This document shows positions 33,291 through 41,809 of a DNA stretch of 64,000 bases, one piece after another. A program made the position numbers and the translations under genes. Every line of letters starts with the position of its first letter. Within the stretch, counting starts at the first letter, position 1. Source of the DNA: an uncultured Planctomycetota bacterium (GTDB lineage: Bacteria > Planctomycetota > Planctomycetia > Isosphaerales > Isosphaeraceae); the NCBI GenBank assembly GCA_963823665.1, contig CAWGMQ010000005.1, positions 1,248,001 to 1,312,000 of the forward strand, in the 5' to 3' direction. The notes under the pieces were generated by a model, which ran no database searches, was not told the DNA's origin, and saw nothing but the letters and a program-made list of their open reading frames with translations.

Positions 33291-34334
33291 CTAGTCCTCA
33301 CGCTTCACGGTCTCGACCAAGCGGCCGACCAAGGCATCGGCATCGATCCCGTCAGCCCGGGCGTGGAAGTTGGGGACGAGCCGGTGCCTCAGGACGGGAC
33401 CGGCCAGGTTTGCCACGTCGTCGAAATCGACGTGGTACTTGCCTGCGAGGATCGCGCGTGCCTTGGCCCCGAGCACCAGGTATTGCGAGGCCCTCGGGCT
33501 GGCGCCGTAGAGCAAGTATTTGTGGATGCCGTCGATCTCCTTGGACTCACCGGGGCGGGACGCGGCGACCAGCCGGACCGCGTAGCCCATGACCGACTCG
33601 GCGATGGGGACGCCGCGCACCAGCTCCTGGAGACGCAAGAGCTCTTCGGCCTTGAGCACGGGCCGCGCCTGGGCCCTATGAGTGCCCGTCGTTTCCTTGA
33701 CGATCTGCTTCTCCTCTTTGAGCGACGGGTACTTGACCTTGAGATTGAACATGAAACGATCGAGCTGAGCTTCGGGCAGCGGATACGTTCCTTCCATCTC
33801 GATCGGGTTTTGAGTTGCGACGACGAAGAACGGCGGATTGAGCGGGTAGGTGCGCCTCCCGATCGAGACCTCGCGCTCCTGCATCGCCTGCAAGAGCGCG
33901 GCCTGCGTCTTGGGGGGCGTGCGGTTGATCTCGTCGGCGAGCAGGAAGTTGGTGAAGATCGGCCCGGGAAGGAACTCGAGCTTGCGGCGTCCGGTCGCCG
34001 GATCTTCCTCGATGATATCCATGCCGGTAATGTCGGACGGCATGAGGTCGGGTGTGAACTGGATGCGGCGAAACTCGAGGTCGAGCGTGCGCGCGAGAGT
34101 GTGGGCCATCAACGATTTGCCCAGCCCGGGCACACCGAGCAGAAGGATATGGCCGCGGCAAAGTAGGCCGACAAGCATATGATCGACGATCTGCTCCTGG
34201 CCGACGATCACCCTGGCGATCTCGTCACGAATAGCCTGTCTGGCTTCGCGCATGCGAGCGACAATGGCTGAATCTTCGCTTGTCAGCGTCGCTGGAGCGG
34301 TCGGCTTGGCATCACGAATTCGCGGGGTTTCCAT
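33291..34334 (-). CDS. moxR: MoxR family AAA+ ATPase
   Basis: GVPGLGKS, RIQFTPDLMPSD, LLADEINRTPPKTQAALLQAMQE, ATQNPIEMEGTYPLPEAQLDRF. Confidence 0.97.
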   Translation of the reverse strand: METPRIRDAKPTAPATLTSEDSAIVARMREARQAIRDEIARVIVGQEQIVDHMLVGLLCRGHILLLGVPGLGKSLMAHTLARTLDLEFRRIQFTPDLMPSDITGMDIIEEDPATGRRKLEFLPGPIFTNFLLADEINRTPPKTQAALLQAMQEREVSIGRRTYPLNPPFFVVATQNPIEMEGTYPLPEAQLDRFMFNLKVKYPSLKEEKQIVKETTGTHRAQARPVLKAEELLRLQELVRGVPIAESVMGYAVRLVAASRPGESKEIDGIHKYLLYGASPRASQYLVLGAKARAILAGKYHVDFDDVANLAGPVLRHRLVPNFHARADGIDADALVGRLVETVKRED

Positions 34335-34346
34335 CGGCCGCAGGCC

Positions 34347-35273
34347 TCACGGGTGGGGTTGATTCTGGACGGGAGTGTTGTCAATGAACGTCTTCGACGC
34401 CAGGGCACCGTCGTGGTCGGGCCGGATCTTGGCTTCCGGGCCATTCCCTTTGCCGGCACGGCCACCAATCTCAGGCGGGAGGAACCGTTCCTGGAGCTCA
34501 GTGCCCCGGCCGTCGCCGTTGTCGTCGAGCTGGGCGTGTTCCGTCGCCAGGTCTTCGGCGTCAGCGTATCGCTGCATCACGCTCGAGACGACCGCGAGGT
34601 AAAGCTCGAAAACAGAGAGCTTGCCGTCCTTATCGCGGTCGATCCCTTCCGGAGGCACGGCCAGCACTTCAGCGAGGGCATGGGGGAAGAGGGTCTCGTT
34701 GACCTCTTGATCGGGCTCGGTCGCCGCGATGACAGTCCGGCCACTCGCCGCGAGCGGCTTGATGAAGAAACCGCTCGCGGGCGTGGTGATCAAGAAGAGC
34801 TGCTCGCGGGCCTTGAGTCCCTCGAAGAGTTTGCCAAATTCGCGCTCATCGAGATCGGGGCCGGGAATGTTCAGATGGGAGTGGCGACCGTCGTAGTAAG
34901 TGTGCCCCAAGACGATCACCCAGAGCGTGTCCTGCTCGCCCAGGCGCTTTCGCAGCTCGTCGATATCGGCTGCAAGCCCTTCCCGGCTTGATAGTCCGCG
35001 CATGCCGGAGAGCGCCGGGCCGTCGCCGGCCGCTTTCTCCACTCCGAATCGCACCATGACGTCGGAGGCGGCGAACCCGCATCGCTCGGTCAGTGCCTTG
35101 TACAGTTTCTCGACCGTACCGGTGAAGAGCTTGCGGTGTTCGTCGTCGCCGGGAAGGCCACAAATAAGCAGTGCCTGCCTCCTGGCAGCCCGCGGCGGTG
35201 CGGAGTTTTCCTGCCGGGCAGGCGACTGACCCAGCAGGCACGGCACGATCAGCAGAAGCCAGGTCCATCGCAT
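34347..35273 (-). CDS. Exported caspase/C13-like fold protein lacking the catalytic Cys
   Basis: Signal MRWTWLLLIVPCLLG; ALLICGLPGD, VIVLGH, ITTPASG, DGKLSVFELY, EHAQLDDNGDG. Confidence 0.65.
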   Translation of the reverse strand: MRWTWLLLIVPCLLGQSPARQENSAPPRAARRQALLICGLPGDDEHRKLFTGTVEKLYKALTERCGFAASDVMVRFGVEKAAGDGPALSGMRGLSSREGLAADIDELRKRLGEQDTLWVIVLGHTYYDGRHSHLNIPGPDLDEREFGKLFEGLKAREQLFLITTPASGFFIKPLAASGRTVIAATEPDQEVNETLFPHALAEVLAVPPEGIDRDKDGKLSVFELYLAVVSSVMQRYADAEDLATEHAQLDDNGDGRGTELQERFLPPEIGGRAGKGNGPEAKIRPDHDGALASKTFIDNTPVQNQPHP

Positions 35274-35379
35274 TGCTTTACCTCGCGCCACTTCCATAGC
35301 CGGCATCGATCTCAAGGATGATCTCAAATCGCGACATTCATCGAAGCACCCGGACTCGAAGAATGCGAAAGCCGCCAGG

Positions 35380-35438
35380 GACAGGTTACGAATCAAGTCG
35401 TATGACTACAAATATCGCCGCGATGCCGGTGTTGTCAA
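35380..35438 (-). promoter_or_regulatory. Promoter/operator site C upstream of the MoxR operon
   Basis: Minus strand TTGACA-N16-GATATT-TGTAGTCATACGACTTGATTCGTAACCTG. Confidence 0.8.
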
Positions 35439-35533
35439 CGAAATTCTTCGGAAGTTTGTCCGAGGTTGGCGGCGAGCGTGCCGCGGTCGCCTGGTCGCGA
35501 CGGCAAGAGGCAGCGTGACGGGGCCGACAATAC

Positions 35534-36040
35534 TCAACGGCGGCCGGGTGATCCGCCCTGACGCTGGCCGGTCCGACTACTCGAGAACAGCGCGTATCGG
35601 CCGTCCGGCGATAGAGCCACGTCCCGCATCAAGGTTTCGGCCCCCAGCTCCAACCGTTTCAGCTTATCCGCCTGACCCCGCTCGAATGAATAGAGCGCCT
35701 TGCCCGCCTTTCGTCCGATGAAGACACAAAGGCCGGTGCTGGGCACGTAAGCAGGGAAAGTCGGCCGGACATCGTGCCCTTCGCGTTTGAAGTTGGCCTT
35801 CCAGAGGACTTCCTTGACCTTGCCTTGTGCAGGGTCGGTCACGTCGATCAAGGCGATTGTGTCGCCGGATTCGCGGCCAACGACCGCGACGATCGTGCCA
35901 GCGCTCACCCAGTCGGGCGTCGTGTAGATTTGCAAGTCGGGAATTTGAAGAGGGACGTCCGTTTTGCCGCTTGAGTCCATCAGCGTCACATCAGTAGGAA
36001 TGGAAAAGTCGACGAGCATGAACCGGCGGCCGTCACTGCG
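35534..36040 (-). pseudogene. C-terminal fragment of a TolB/PD40-like beta-propeller
   Basis: SDGRRF..PDW..ALSPDGRYALFSS; no signal peptide or clear start. Confidence 0.5.
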
Positions 36041-36065
36041 AGTATTGTCAACTTGATTGCTCTGT

Positions 36066-36860
36066 TCAAGGATCTTGCGCGAAGCCCCAATCGTAATAGG
36101 GCGCGAGGCTGTGATTGCTGTCCAAGCTGAAGTCGAAACTCCAGGCGTCTTTGCCTTTCCATGTGCAGCGGATGGGTGCGTTGGCTTCCGGCGCAAAGGC
36201 AAATTGCCATTCCAGGCCGTCTTTACCGCGCCGTGCTTCGAGCAACAGAAGAACCTCGGGGTCAGTCGTCAGCACGAAGGAGAAGACGGCGCCGTCGACC
36301 AGATCAGAAGAGGCTTTACCGTACCGGAGAAGCGGCTTGGAGAGAGGCCGCAAGTTGTGCCACGTCTGGGTCTTGAGCTGAAGGTTCATCTCCGCTTTAA
36401 ACCCCGCAAGCAAATCGCGCATCTGGCGCAGCCGCTGCTCGGGCGTACCGGCGGGTGCGGGCGCTCCGGGCACCGGCTTGAAATCGACACCCGATCTCTT
36501 TGGATTCCAGATGTTTCCCAAGGCCAGTGGAACCCTGGACAACGAGGAGAACGCCTGGTGCCAGCCCGCGTCGCTGGTCCGGTAGACTTGAACGGCAGCC
36601 ACCGGCGTGTAGTCGGCGTCGAGCCAGAAGAAGAGGGTGCCGTCGGTGACGGTCCCGACGCTGTTCGTGAAACGGATTGCCGGCTCAGCGACCAGGCGGT
36701 ACGTGACGCTCGGGTCGCCTGCGGGCTTGAGCGCATGTACGGATACTGCTTTTTTCATGAATTCGAGCCGTGCCGCCGATTCTTTGGCAATCTCCGGGAC
36801 GCGTGCTGGCTCCGGTACCTGGGCCAGAAAGCCGAGAGACAGCATAAGCTTCAGTATCAT
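36066..36860 (-). CDS. Uncharacterised exported protein, paralog 4 of 6
   Basis: Signal-like; EPAIRFTN..DG..LRPLSKPLLRY..DGAVF..TDPE..LEAR. Confidence 0.85.
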   Translation of the reverse strand: MILKLMLSLGFLAQVPEPARVPEIAKESAARLEFMKKAVSVHALKPAGDPSVTYRLVAEPAIRFTNSVGTVTDGTLFFWLDADYTPVAAVQVYRTSDAGWHQAFSSLSRVPLALGNIWNPKRSGVDFKPVPGAPAPAGTPEQRLRQMRDLLAGFKAEMNLQLKTQTWHNLRPLSKPLLRYGKASSDLVDGAVFSFVLTTDPEVLLLLEARRGKDGLEWQFAFAPEANAPIRCTWKGKDAWSFDFSLDSNHSLAPYYDWGFAQDP

Positions 36861-36904
36861 CGGATCTTCTCCCGTTTATGAAGACAGGCCTCCGAACGCG
36901 TGTA

Positions 36905-36961
36905 TTGACATTACCAGCGCGGCGGTGCTATTTGTAGTCACACGACTGGATTCGTAATCTG
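36905..36961 (+). promoter_or_regulatory. Promoter/operator site D between divergent paralogs 4 and 5
   Basis: TTGACA-N16-GCTATT-TGTAGTCACACGACTGGATTCGTAATCTG. Confidence 0.78.
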
Positions 36962-37007
36962 CTCGGTTAATACTCCTTGATGCGTATCCTGCGCAGGGCG
37001 CTGACTC

Positions 37008-37883
37008 ATGGGTGGAACCTGGCTGCTCATTCTCCTATCGGTCCTGATCGGCCAAGCTCCTGTCTCCAAGGACGACTCTGCGGCGGCAGAGGCCGCTCGG
37101 AAGAAGCGCGAGCGGCTGCTGCCGCTCTACACGAGCGAGGCGGCCGAATACACCATTTACCGTGACTCCAGCCGGCGCGATAAGCTCGAGCTTCGGCGCG
37201 AGCCAGTCTATGTCTGGACCAATCCACTTCGTGAAGACGGGCAGGACGGCGCGATCTTCGTGTGGACTTGCCGCGGGCGGGCGGAAGTCATCGGCTGCAT
37301 TTTCATGTCCCCGACGACGCGACCGCGCCATGTGTATCACGAGTTTCATTCGCTGGCGCTCTCGGTGCTCGACGTCCAACGTTCCGGAAGGCACGCCAAG
37401 ACGTGGACGCCGCTAGCGCCGGGCGTTACTGTGACACCGATCGCGGGGGGGCCTTCTCCCTTACAGACAGCCGCACAGCGGCTGGCACAGATGCGGACAC
37501 TCAGCCGCGATTTCACGGCCTCTACTCTGGATCACAAGGACCAGCACTGGGAACTACGGCTGCTGCCCCAGCCCCTCTACCGCTATGCGAGCACGGACCC
37601 CGACATCCTCGACGGAGCGGTGTTCGCCTTCGTCACGTCAGCAGGGACTGACCCCGAGGCGATTCTGGTGCTCGAAGTGCGTAAGCCCGCCGGCAAGGAT
37701 CTCCCCATCTGGCATTACTCCGTCAGTCGATTCACAGATACCGAGCTCCGGGTGAAGCACAAGGATAAAGAGGTCTTCACGGCCCCGCTGATCCCGACCA
37801 GCGCTATCGAGCAAGATCCCAAGCATCGTTACCGCGTGTGGTATGATCGGACCATCGCCGCGTTCGACGAGGGAGCGCCCTGA
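37008..37883 (+). CDS. Uncharacterised exported protein, paralog 5 of 6
   Basis: Signal; EPVYVWTNP..HEFHSL..WELRLLPQPLYRY..DGAVF..AGTDPE; C-terminus resembles paralog 1. Confidence 0.88.
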   Translation: MGGTWLLILLSVLIGQAPVSKDDSAAAEAARKKRERLLPLYTSEAAEYTIYRDSSRRDKLELRREPVYVWTNPLREDGQDGAIFVWTCRGRAEVIGCIFMSPTTRPRHVYHEFHSLALSVLDVQRSGRHAKTWTPLAPGVTVTPIAGGPSPLQTAAQRLAQMRTLSRDFTASTLDHKDQHWELRLLPQPLYRYASTDPDILDGAVFAFVTSAGTDPEAILVLEVRKPAGKDLPIWHYSVSRFTDTELRVKHKDKEVFTAPLIPTSAIEQDPKHRYRVWYDRTIAAFDEGAP

Positions 37884-37923
37884 GTCAGTCGATCACGCGG
37901 GCAGGTGACCGCACCCTGGGAGC

Positions 37924-38793
37924 TCACGGCCGTTTGACCTTGTTCTGCTCGAGTTCCGGAAAATCGTCGACCAACCGATCACGGATCAGCAAATAGGTAT
38001 TTTCCGGATTGTCAATGACTCCCGTCGAGGGATCCCGGAGCGACGTCCAGACGTCCTTCCCCTTAAATTGCACGTACAGGCTGGAGATCGACAAACGGAC
38101 GGTCCGGTAGCGCCAGGTTGTCTTCTCTCCCTTCTTCACGCACTCCAAAACCAGGATGATTTCGGGATCGGTTCCCGCATCGCTGACGAAGCCGAAGAGG
38201 GCTCCGTCGATCAAGTCACTCTCGGCTTTCTCGTACCGGTAAAGCGGACGGGTTAACAGTCGCAGTTGCCAGCGCACTCCGACATCGTCAATCGTATGAG
38301 CGGTGAATTCTCGGGCGATTTCCCGCATCTGATTCGCGCGCTGCTTGGCGGTCGCCGCTTGGGCCGGCGGGTCGGGAATCGGGTGCAAAGGGACGCCGGC
38401 CCTCGGGAGCCACTGATGATTCGAATCGTTGAGTTGCGCGGCGATTCGGTCGGGCCCGAGGGCATGAAACTCGTGCATGATGACGCGACGGCCCGCCTCC
38501 GGATTTGAGAAGACTCCCCCCAGCGCCACGGGACGCCCCTCGAACGTCCAGACGAACATTGCTCCGATTTGACCGTTTCCGCGGGAGGCGTTCGTCCACC
38601 GATAGACCGGCTCGGGCACGAACTCGGCCTTTTTCGTCTGCAGCGGGTCGACGAAGATCTCCCACCGCCTCGCCTCGTCGCGGTGAAGCTTCAACAATTT
38701 GGCGTCGACTTTATCGGGAGCCGGGTCGTCCGCGGCCAGTGCGGCCCCAGTCAATAGCACCATTCCCATCAACGCCATCCCAGTGCGATTCAT
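37924..38793 (-). CDS. Uncharacterised exported protein, paralog 6 of 6
   Basis: AAGGA before ATG 38793; signal ..GAALAA; EPVYRWTN..GRPV..HEFHAL..LRLLTRPLYRY..DGALF..AGTDPE. Confidence 0.88.
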   Translation of the reverse strand: MNRTGMALMGMVLLTGAALAADDPAPDKVDAKLLKLHRDEARRWEIFVDPLQTKKAEFVPEPVYRWTNASRGNGQIGAMFVWTFEGRPVALGGVFSNPEAGRRVIMHEFHALGPDRIAAQLNDSNHQWLPRAGVPLHPIPDPPAQAATAKQRANQMREIAREFTAHTIDDVGVRWQLRLLTRPLYRYEKAESDLIDGALFGFVSDAGTDPEIILVLECVKKGEKTTWRYRTVRLSISSLYVQFKGKDVWTSLRDPSTGVIDNPENTYLLIRDRLVDDFPELEQNKVKRP

Positions 38794-38854
38794 CCGGGTC
38801 TCCTTGGAGTTCCGCAGGCCCACTCGGGCTCTTCGACGTCTCCGAACGATCTCG

Positions 38855-38912
38855 TTGACGCCGGGGCGTTCATCGATGATGATTGTAGTCGTACGACTTC
38901 TTCCGTACCCTG
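38855..38912 (+). promoter_or_regulatory. Promoter/operator site E between paralog 6 and the glycosyltransferase-like gene
   Basis: TTGACG-N17-GATGAT-TGTAGTCGTACGACTTCTTCCGTACCCTG, containing the perfect palindrome AGTCGTACGACT (38887-38898). Confidence 0.72.
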
Positions 38913-38931
38913 GCCGAGGGCGTTTTGTCAA

Positions 38932-40736
38932 ATGGTTTTCGAAACATGGCGGACGACCGGGATGGCACTCGTCTGGTGCGCGGGTGTGTATGCCATCTAT
39001 CTGGCCAACGGCCGCGAGGTGGGGTCGGGCGATTCCGTGCCAGCGAAGTACCTGAGCTGCGCCCTGGTGCGTGGCGATGGCTTCTACCTGGATCGTTACC
39101 AGCGTGACGTGTTGAAATGGTGGCCTCACCCGACGATGCCCTACTACGTAGCGGTCGTCGATGGGCACTACGTTTCGCGTTATCCCATCGGCCCGGCATT
39201 GCTGGCGCTTCCGTTCACGATCCCGCAGATGCTCGTGCTCGACCGAACGCATCCCGCGTGGGAGACGAGCGAACCGGATTGGTTCGACACAATCTGCAAG
39301 CGTTCCGCCGCCGCGATCACGACGCTCGCGGCGCTGCGCTCTTGGCCGTCCTCTTGAAGCTCGGCCTGGGGCGCATCGCATGGCTGGCCGCAACGGCGGC
39401 GGCCCTGGGCTCGCCTTTATGGAGCACCGCGGGCCAGAGCCTTTGGCAGCACGGGCCCGCCGCGCTCATGCTGACGTCGCTGATCCTCCTCCTATGGCCC
39501 GAGAATCCCTCGCGCTTGCGCTTCTTCGTGGCAGGGGTGACCGCCGCGATGCTGGTCTGCTGTCGGCCGATCGATCTCGCGTTCGCTGTCGTGACCACCT
39601 TTTGGGTCACGATCCGTCATCCGCGCGGCCTGATCTGGTTTCTGCCCCCGGCGGCGGCGATCGGCGCTGCGCTCATCGGCTACAACCGCGCCTATCTCGG
39701 AGCCGCCGCAGGTTACTACTCGACCTTCGACGCCGCCACGTTTGGGACGCCCTGGTACGTGGGACTCCAGGGAACGTTACTGAGCCCCAGCCACGGTCTG
39801 TTCGTGTTCACGCCCTGGGCGCTGGTCGCGTTCGCCTATCTGCCGTTTGCCGTGTTTCAACTCCGCCGCGCGATGCTCTTACCCTGGCTGCTTGTGACCT
39901 TGGGAGCCCATGCGCTGTTGATCTCGACCTTCTCGTGTTGGTGGGCCGGGCTCTGTTTCGGCCCGCGGTATTGGACCGAGGTTATCCCCTTGCTCGCCAT
40001 CGTTCTCGGCATGGCTCTTCATTGGGCGAAGACCCGCTGCAAGCCGGTTTTCGTCTTGTCTTTGGTCTTGATCGCGATCTCCACCGGTGTCGAGATCCTG
40101 GGCGCCTTCGTCTATCCCAGCAGTTGGCAAGATGTTCCTCCTGACTTCGACGGAACGACACACCGCTTTTGGGACTGGTCGGATAACGAATTGACACGGT
40201 GCCTCGTCGAAAACCGGGCTCACCGCGCACTGTTCGGGCCGGGCAAGTCGATCCCAGAGAAGATGCTGCAAAAGGTGGTCTTGCTGCCGACCGCCGAGAA
40301 GAATCAACCCGCGACGTGGCTCTACACGACAGTCGAACCCGGCCCCGGGTGGAATGCCCGACAATTCAACACGGACGGGTGGTCCGTTGGGAAGACCGGG
40401 TTCTGCAGTGAACGGATGCCGACGATTCCAAGGAACACCCTTTGGAATACGCCGGCAATCTGGATGAGGACCTCGGTCGAAGTCCCCCATCCCTTACTCG
40501 ACCAGGTATACGTGTTACGCGTCGCGCACGACGATGACCTCACCGTTTATCTCAACGGAGTGAAAATCTATCAACGAGAGGGAGTGAGTCTCCCGTACGG
40601 TGGTTATCGCGACGTCGTTCTCGATGAGCAGCAGGCTGCTCTTATCCGCGAGGGTACGAATACGTTGGCGGTCAAATGCATCGACACCGGCGGGGACTGC
40701 GGAGTCGATGTTGGGTTCTCGACCTTTCCCAAGTAA
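38932..40736 (+). CDS. Polytopic GT-C-like glycosyltransferase with C-terminal carbohydrate-binding beta-sandwich, frameshift near 39337
   Basis: SGD after TM1, SRYPIGP, SLWQHGP, LLSPSHGLFVFTP, WWAG.CFGPRY; C-terminal W..G..GF..IW.R..HDDD..VYLNG..G.N.LAV. Confidence 0.7.
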
Positions 40737-40823
40737 TGACTCCGATCGAGAGCGCGGAGATACGCAGTGCTCAATTCGGGCACCATCGTTCTGTGCCGTG
40801 ACCTGACCGTCGATTTGACGAAA

Positions 40824-41067
40824 TCAATGTCGGATCACCGAATTCGGTAGCGCTTGCTGAAGTTCTGTCGCTCCTTACTGCCATTGATACCAGACGCTAC
40901 CGCCGGCCGCCTCGATCGCTGCAACTGCACCGCGCTGCACGCGGGCACTGTAGACGATCCATCCGAGGGTGCCACCGATCAGGAGCACGAAAATCATGAG
41001 CGACCGCAAACTGAACCTTATTCGAGGCCGATGCCACCAGGATCGACGCGAAAGAGGGTCGCGCATG
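40824..41067 (-). pseudogene. Internally deleted copy of the LRR gene at 58324-59337
   Basis: Matches 58324-58376 joined to 59148 onward; the 771-bp deletion creates TAA at 40875-40877. Confidence 0.85.
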
Positions 41068-41216
41068 GCGGCGTTCTCGGCGGTTGGGATTGAGGGGGTT
41101 AGTCTGTTGTCGGCTCTCGACGTCGTCGCTGTTGCCCCGATCGGAGCGTATCTCATCCTCCCACACGGCTGCCAGTGGCAGAGGAAATGGCGGCGATGCC
41201 GACGTCGGTGGGCGAG

Positions 41217-41597
41217 TCAGCGTGACAACTCCACTTCGAGGATTGTGTCCGCGTTCTCGATTGCGCCGACGGTCATGAGAGGAGTGCCTTTCAGGATCGA
41301 TTTGATTATGGACTCCTGCATCTGGGCGGCTGCACGGCGCGATAAAACGTCCGATTTCACGCTCACGTAGATCCGCGTGGCATCCTCCAGCTTGGTGGCA
41401 TTCGCACTGTAGTAATGAATTCTTGCAATCTTCCCAATATCCCGATCATACGTCACTACAGATAGAATCTTTCCCAGTTCCGTCCTCTCGGCCACGTCTA
41501 CGCCAACGGCCACTTGTCCCTGGTTCGGCAGTCGTTCCGCGCGAACCGAGGTGATAGCCAGTATCAAAACGACCGAGATACCGACAAACGCTCTCAT
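41217..41597 (-). CDS. Small exported hypothetical protein (near-identical copy at 61807-62204)
   Basis: Signal MRAFVGISVVLILAITSVRA; AGGAG upstream. Confidence 0.75.
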   Translation of the reverse strand: MRAFVGISVVLILAITSVRAERLPNQGQVAVGVDVAERTELGKILSVVTYDRDIGKIARIHYYSANATKLEDATRIYVSVKSDVLSRRAAAQMQESIIKSILKGTPLMTVGAIENADTILEVELSR

Positions 41598-41809
41598 CGC
41601 AGACTCCTATCAATTGACAACCTCGAAGCCCTTCGACTTCAAGGGTTTTCTGGCATCGCTGATACCGGAGTTTGGGTGGATTTTCTGACGCAAGACTCCT
41701 GTGTCCGATGGCATCGAGGTCGACGGGCAACGTGCACTTGAAGTTCAAGTGCCCTGGAGGGGTGAGAGACGCTCAATCGCGGGGCGCGACTCTCGTGGTT
41801 GGTAGTGGG

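Larger units (their letters stand above)
40824..41613. repeat. Decayed direct duplicate of 58324-62220
   Basis: Three collinear matching blocks; both copies end in CTCTCATCGCAGACTCCTATCAA. Confidence 0.85.

Noticed and set aside
7900..39345. Programmed ribosomal frameshifting in the split genes
   Set aside because: No shared slippery heptamer, and the shifts hit unrelated families including resB and DUF58; sequencing error is simpler.
37924..39393. 489-aa version of paralog 6, and similar N-terminal extensions of 12192-13253 and 34347-35396
   Set aside because: The extensions run across promoter/operator sites or opposite-strand genes; internal starts have RBS-like sequence and/or signal peptides and match paralog length.
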